DNA of 56,309 nt, filler included, from Bipalium vagum (Eukaryota), in assembly GCA_037834085.1 (NCBI GenBank). It is 3 parts of 3 records of this genome, joined end to end, with 100 filler letters (N's around TTAATTAATTAA, not from the genome) between each part and the next. Parts side by side here need not be neighbours in the genome. Positions count along the whole stretch, not along the records: positions 33,516 to 56,309 come from JBBMKC010216690.1; 2 more parts are not named here. One strand, given 5' to 3'. The notes beneath the pieces are model-generated. The model saw only the letters and a program-made list of their open reading frames with translations, was not told the DNA's origin and did not search any database. The first letter of the stretch is position 1, and every line of letters begins with the position of its first letter. The position numbers were made by a program, and so were the translations under genes. Below are positions 53,425 through 56,309 of this stretch, piece by piece.

Positions 53425-54372
53425 TCATAAAATTTTGTTCTTTGTCAAGTTAGAATAACATGGAATTGATGAAACAGGAATAAAATATTTACAATTATAA
53501 CGAGGTTTAATTTCATTTGATATTTTTTTGGACTTAGTTTCTTTTAATCTCGAGTCTTTCATGAATATCGATTCGCTGTTTAAATATCCCAAAAATCCGT
53601 TCTTATTTAAACTGTTATCACACTGATTCAATAGGTTGTCTAAATAATAAATTAAGAAAATACAAAATAGCATATGAATCGTTAAATAATTAAACACGTT
53701 CAGATAAATATAAATATTATAATATAATTAAATGCATTACCTTTTATTAATAAGAAAATATAATTATATATTTGATTAATGTAAAATTGGTAAAGTGTTT
53801 GCAATTCTTACAATTTTATAATGTATATATATATATATATAAGCTTATATTCTTTACCTAAAAGAAAGGATTCTTTTATATATTCCTTTGATATTGTTAC
53901 CTTATTCTCAAATATTTTTGAGTCTAATAGTAAAACTAATACATTTTAAACACAAATATTGTAACTTGTGACTTTTGATTCAAAATCATCTTTTACACCA
54001 TTAGAATCTTTCAAGCTTCTGTAATTATTAGATGAGCTTAAATATTTAATTATGAATGGATGAATAAGAATTTCAAATACTTTCGACTAATCGAGATAAA
54101 TCTTATTTTATCTGGTCTTGTAAATAGGCCATATCCATCAAGAACAATAAAATACCGGCGACCTTGAATCATTCCATCAGAATTCCCAACTAAAAAAATT
54201 AAACATTGATTAAGTAATGAAGAAAACCTTTAGATGCCATTTCTAATCCAACCCAATCACCATGGCGCCCATTAATATATCCTTTAAAACGAACTTTTGC
54301 TAAATGTATAGATTTATCTGACTTTAATACTTCAATAATTTGACCAATTTTAATATCATCAATTAGAACCAT
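53425..54372 (-). CDS. small CAP-Gly domain protein (multi-exon; 3' exon structure tentative)
   Basis: Exons 54372-54228, 54189-54081 and 54036-... give MVLIDDIKIGQIIEV..AKVRFKGYINGRHGDWVGLEMASKVGNSDGMIQGRRYFIVLDGYGLFTRPDKI, a CAP-Gly signature. Introns of 38 and 44 nt. The probable last exon lies within ORF 53425-53697. Confidence 0.8.
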
Positions 54373-54889
54373 TAAATATTTATTTAGTGTAATTTGATTT
54401 CTATAACAACAATTATTTGATTTAATTTAAAGTTCTATAAAGAGTATTTTAATTTAATTTTGTTTTTACTATCTTTCTTTTTTATTTTTCTTGTAAATTT
54501 ACTTAAAATTAAAAACTTTATACACATTGGCTCTATAAAGTGTTCATACTACAGTGAAAGAAAAATGATTTATTAAGAAATCTAAGAAAATTATAAAATT
54601 TGAAATATACTAATTTTAATTAACAATTAAAATAATTTTCATATAAGTTTATTATTTCACTTTTATGAATAAAAATAAAAATTTGATAGTAACATAAAGT
54701 ATCCTTACTATATGTAAATTAGATTGTAATATCATAATAATTATAAAAAAATAATGTTTGTTGATTATTTAATTTCAGTGTTACAATTAATTATTATGTT
54801 AAAGTTATAGATACACTTTCACAATAAATAAAAAGGGTAAGATCAAAGAACTATCAAATCAGAAAATAACTCAAAATATTATATTGTAT

Positions 54890-55260
54890 TGTACAGGAAA
54901 AAATGACGGTGGGTTTGAAAAGGTGGTTAAAAGTATAAAATCTACTATTCAGTGCCATTCAAAAGTGGAAAAATAAAGGCGCTATCATTAATATGAAACG
55001 TATAGGTGTTCCAAAAATTTTACATCATAGGATGAATGTCAAATATTATGAAACTGAACTTCAATTTATAGAAAGAACTTTTATGAATGTAGGGAGACGA
55101 ACACGATAGATGATAATGATGATGGTGTAGAATCAATGACACTGTGCTGGCTGATGGATTGAAAGATAAAAGGGATGAAGTTCACTTTCAGAATATATCT
55201 TTCTGGAATGTGGGTGTTCAGGATATACATCTATGGTAAATCTTTGGTCTTCACCAGAAG
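54890..55260 (+). mobile_element. possible Tc1-like relic (N-terminal HTH region)
   Basis: KSTIQ..KWKNKGAIINMKRIGVPKIL resembles Tc1 STVxxIIxKxxxxGxxxxxxRxGRPxKL. The rest is highly degraded. Confidence 0.4.
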
Positions 55261-56309
55261 GGCGCATAAAACAGAATTAATTAGTCAAGTTGATTTATTT
55301 TTCTTCAGAGGTTGATTAAGTTTTAAAAGTTAGCAGTTCCTAGCTAGAAAATATTTTTTTAGAAATAAAATATGGGAAAATGTTCACAGTTATTGTTGAG
55401 TATTTTTTGAGCACTAAGTTTTGAATTGATTTTTATTCAAGAAGTAAGGATTTTAATTGAAGAAAAAACTTTCGTCAAGTTATAAAATTTATAATATGTA
55501 AAATATAAAAAAAATAAATATCAAGTGTAAAAATTATTATTATAATTAATAAAAAATAATCATTTCGATAATTAATTTGGAAAAAATTAATCAAAAAAAT
55601 AAATTTACTAAAAATAATAATTTCATTAAAAATTTAAATATTGTATCTAAAAATAAATTTATGGTAACATTAAATTAATAATTTTAAAAAAATGCAAAAA
55701 TAAAATAATATAAATACTAAATAATTTCAGTTTGAACATATGTTAGGTTTTGAATGTTGGGGAATATAATTTAAATGAATCTGTTGGCGCAACTCTTATC
55801 TAGCTACCCTGATCAACGCTGAGGCTGCTGTGAGTCTATCTAAAGAGCTCGTTATCTCACCCTCTAATAAAAAACTAAAACAAACACTCTAAAACTTTAT
55901 TAAATTAAATGAGAGTAAGACTCTTTTTAATTACAACAGACAAACTGCAATAGGCAATCATTCTCAGTCAAACTGCAACAATCGGCAGTCACAATAAATC
56001 AACAAACTGCTCAGGCAGTTTCAACAAAAACAACAAACACTCTCTAATTAAGAAGCTGTGCCAGGGAAAACCCTATTCAGCAAAATAAAATTATCAATCA
56101 AAAACATACCATGTTTCCCTGATAATTTTCTGGTCGAAAAATAATGATTTTTCGTTGACTAATATACTATTTTACTGCTTGTTTTAGAGTCTCTGATTGG
56201 CCAGTTAAGCTGTCAACCATGACGTACTCTCAAAATTTAATTATTACTAAAAATAAAATAAATTTCTAAAAATTTCTGAAAATTATAATTTAAGAATTTT
56301 AGAGAGACA

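Overview
AT-rich eukaryotic (metazoan) genomic DNA with very short (about 38-53 nt) GT-AG introns. The style suggests an invertebrate such as a triclad flatworm, but that is inference. The window is three contigs joined by artificial 100-bp linkers (44N-TTAATTAATTAA-44N at 17608-17707 and 33416-33515), so adjacency across the gaps is not guaranteed. Genes reconstructed by hand: (1) two 5' exons of an unidentified minus-strand gene separated by a ~12-kb transposon-filled intron; (2) an intronless GT31 beta-1,3-glycosyltransferase; (3) a multi-exon SYCP1-like synaptonemal complex gene with an unusually long N-terminus and a gypsy relic in one intron; (4) a ~267-aa membrane-anchored protein with a GRAMD2-like C-terminus; (5) UTP20 (~2684 aa, 7 exons); (6) a small CAP-Gly protein. 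The rest is largely decayed mobile DNA: mariner, Tc1, DD37E and DD41D IS630-Tc1-mariner (ITm) elements, a mariner-derived MITE, Ty3/gypsy, and Maverick/Polinton-type integrase fragments. I see no convincing multi-gene novel system. The best leads are the atypical SYCP1, the apparently GRAM-less GRAMD2-like gene, a structured 94-bp tandem repeat beside (TAA)n, and an intronic 21-bp perfect inverted repeat. All family calls rest on motif recognition from memory, not database searches.
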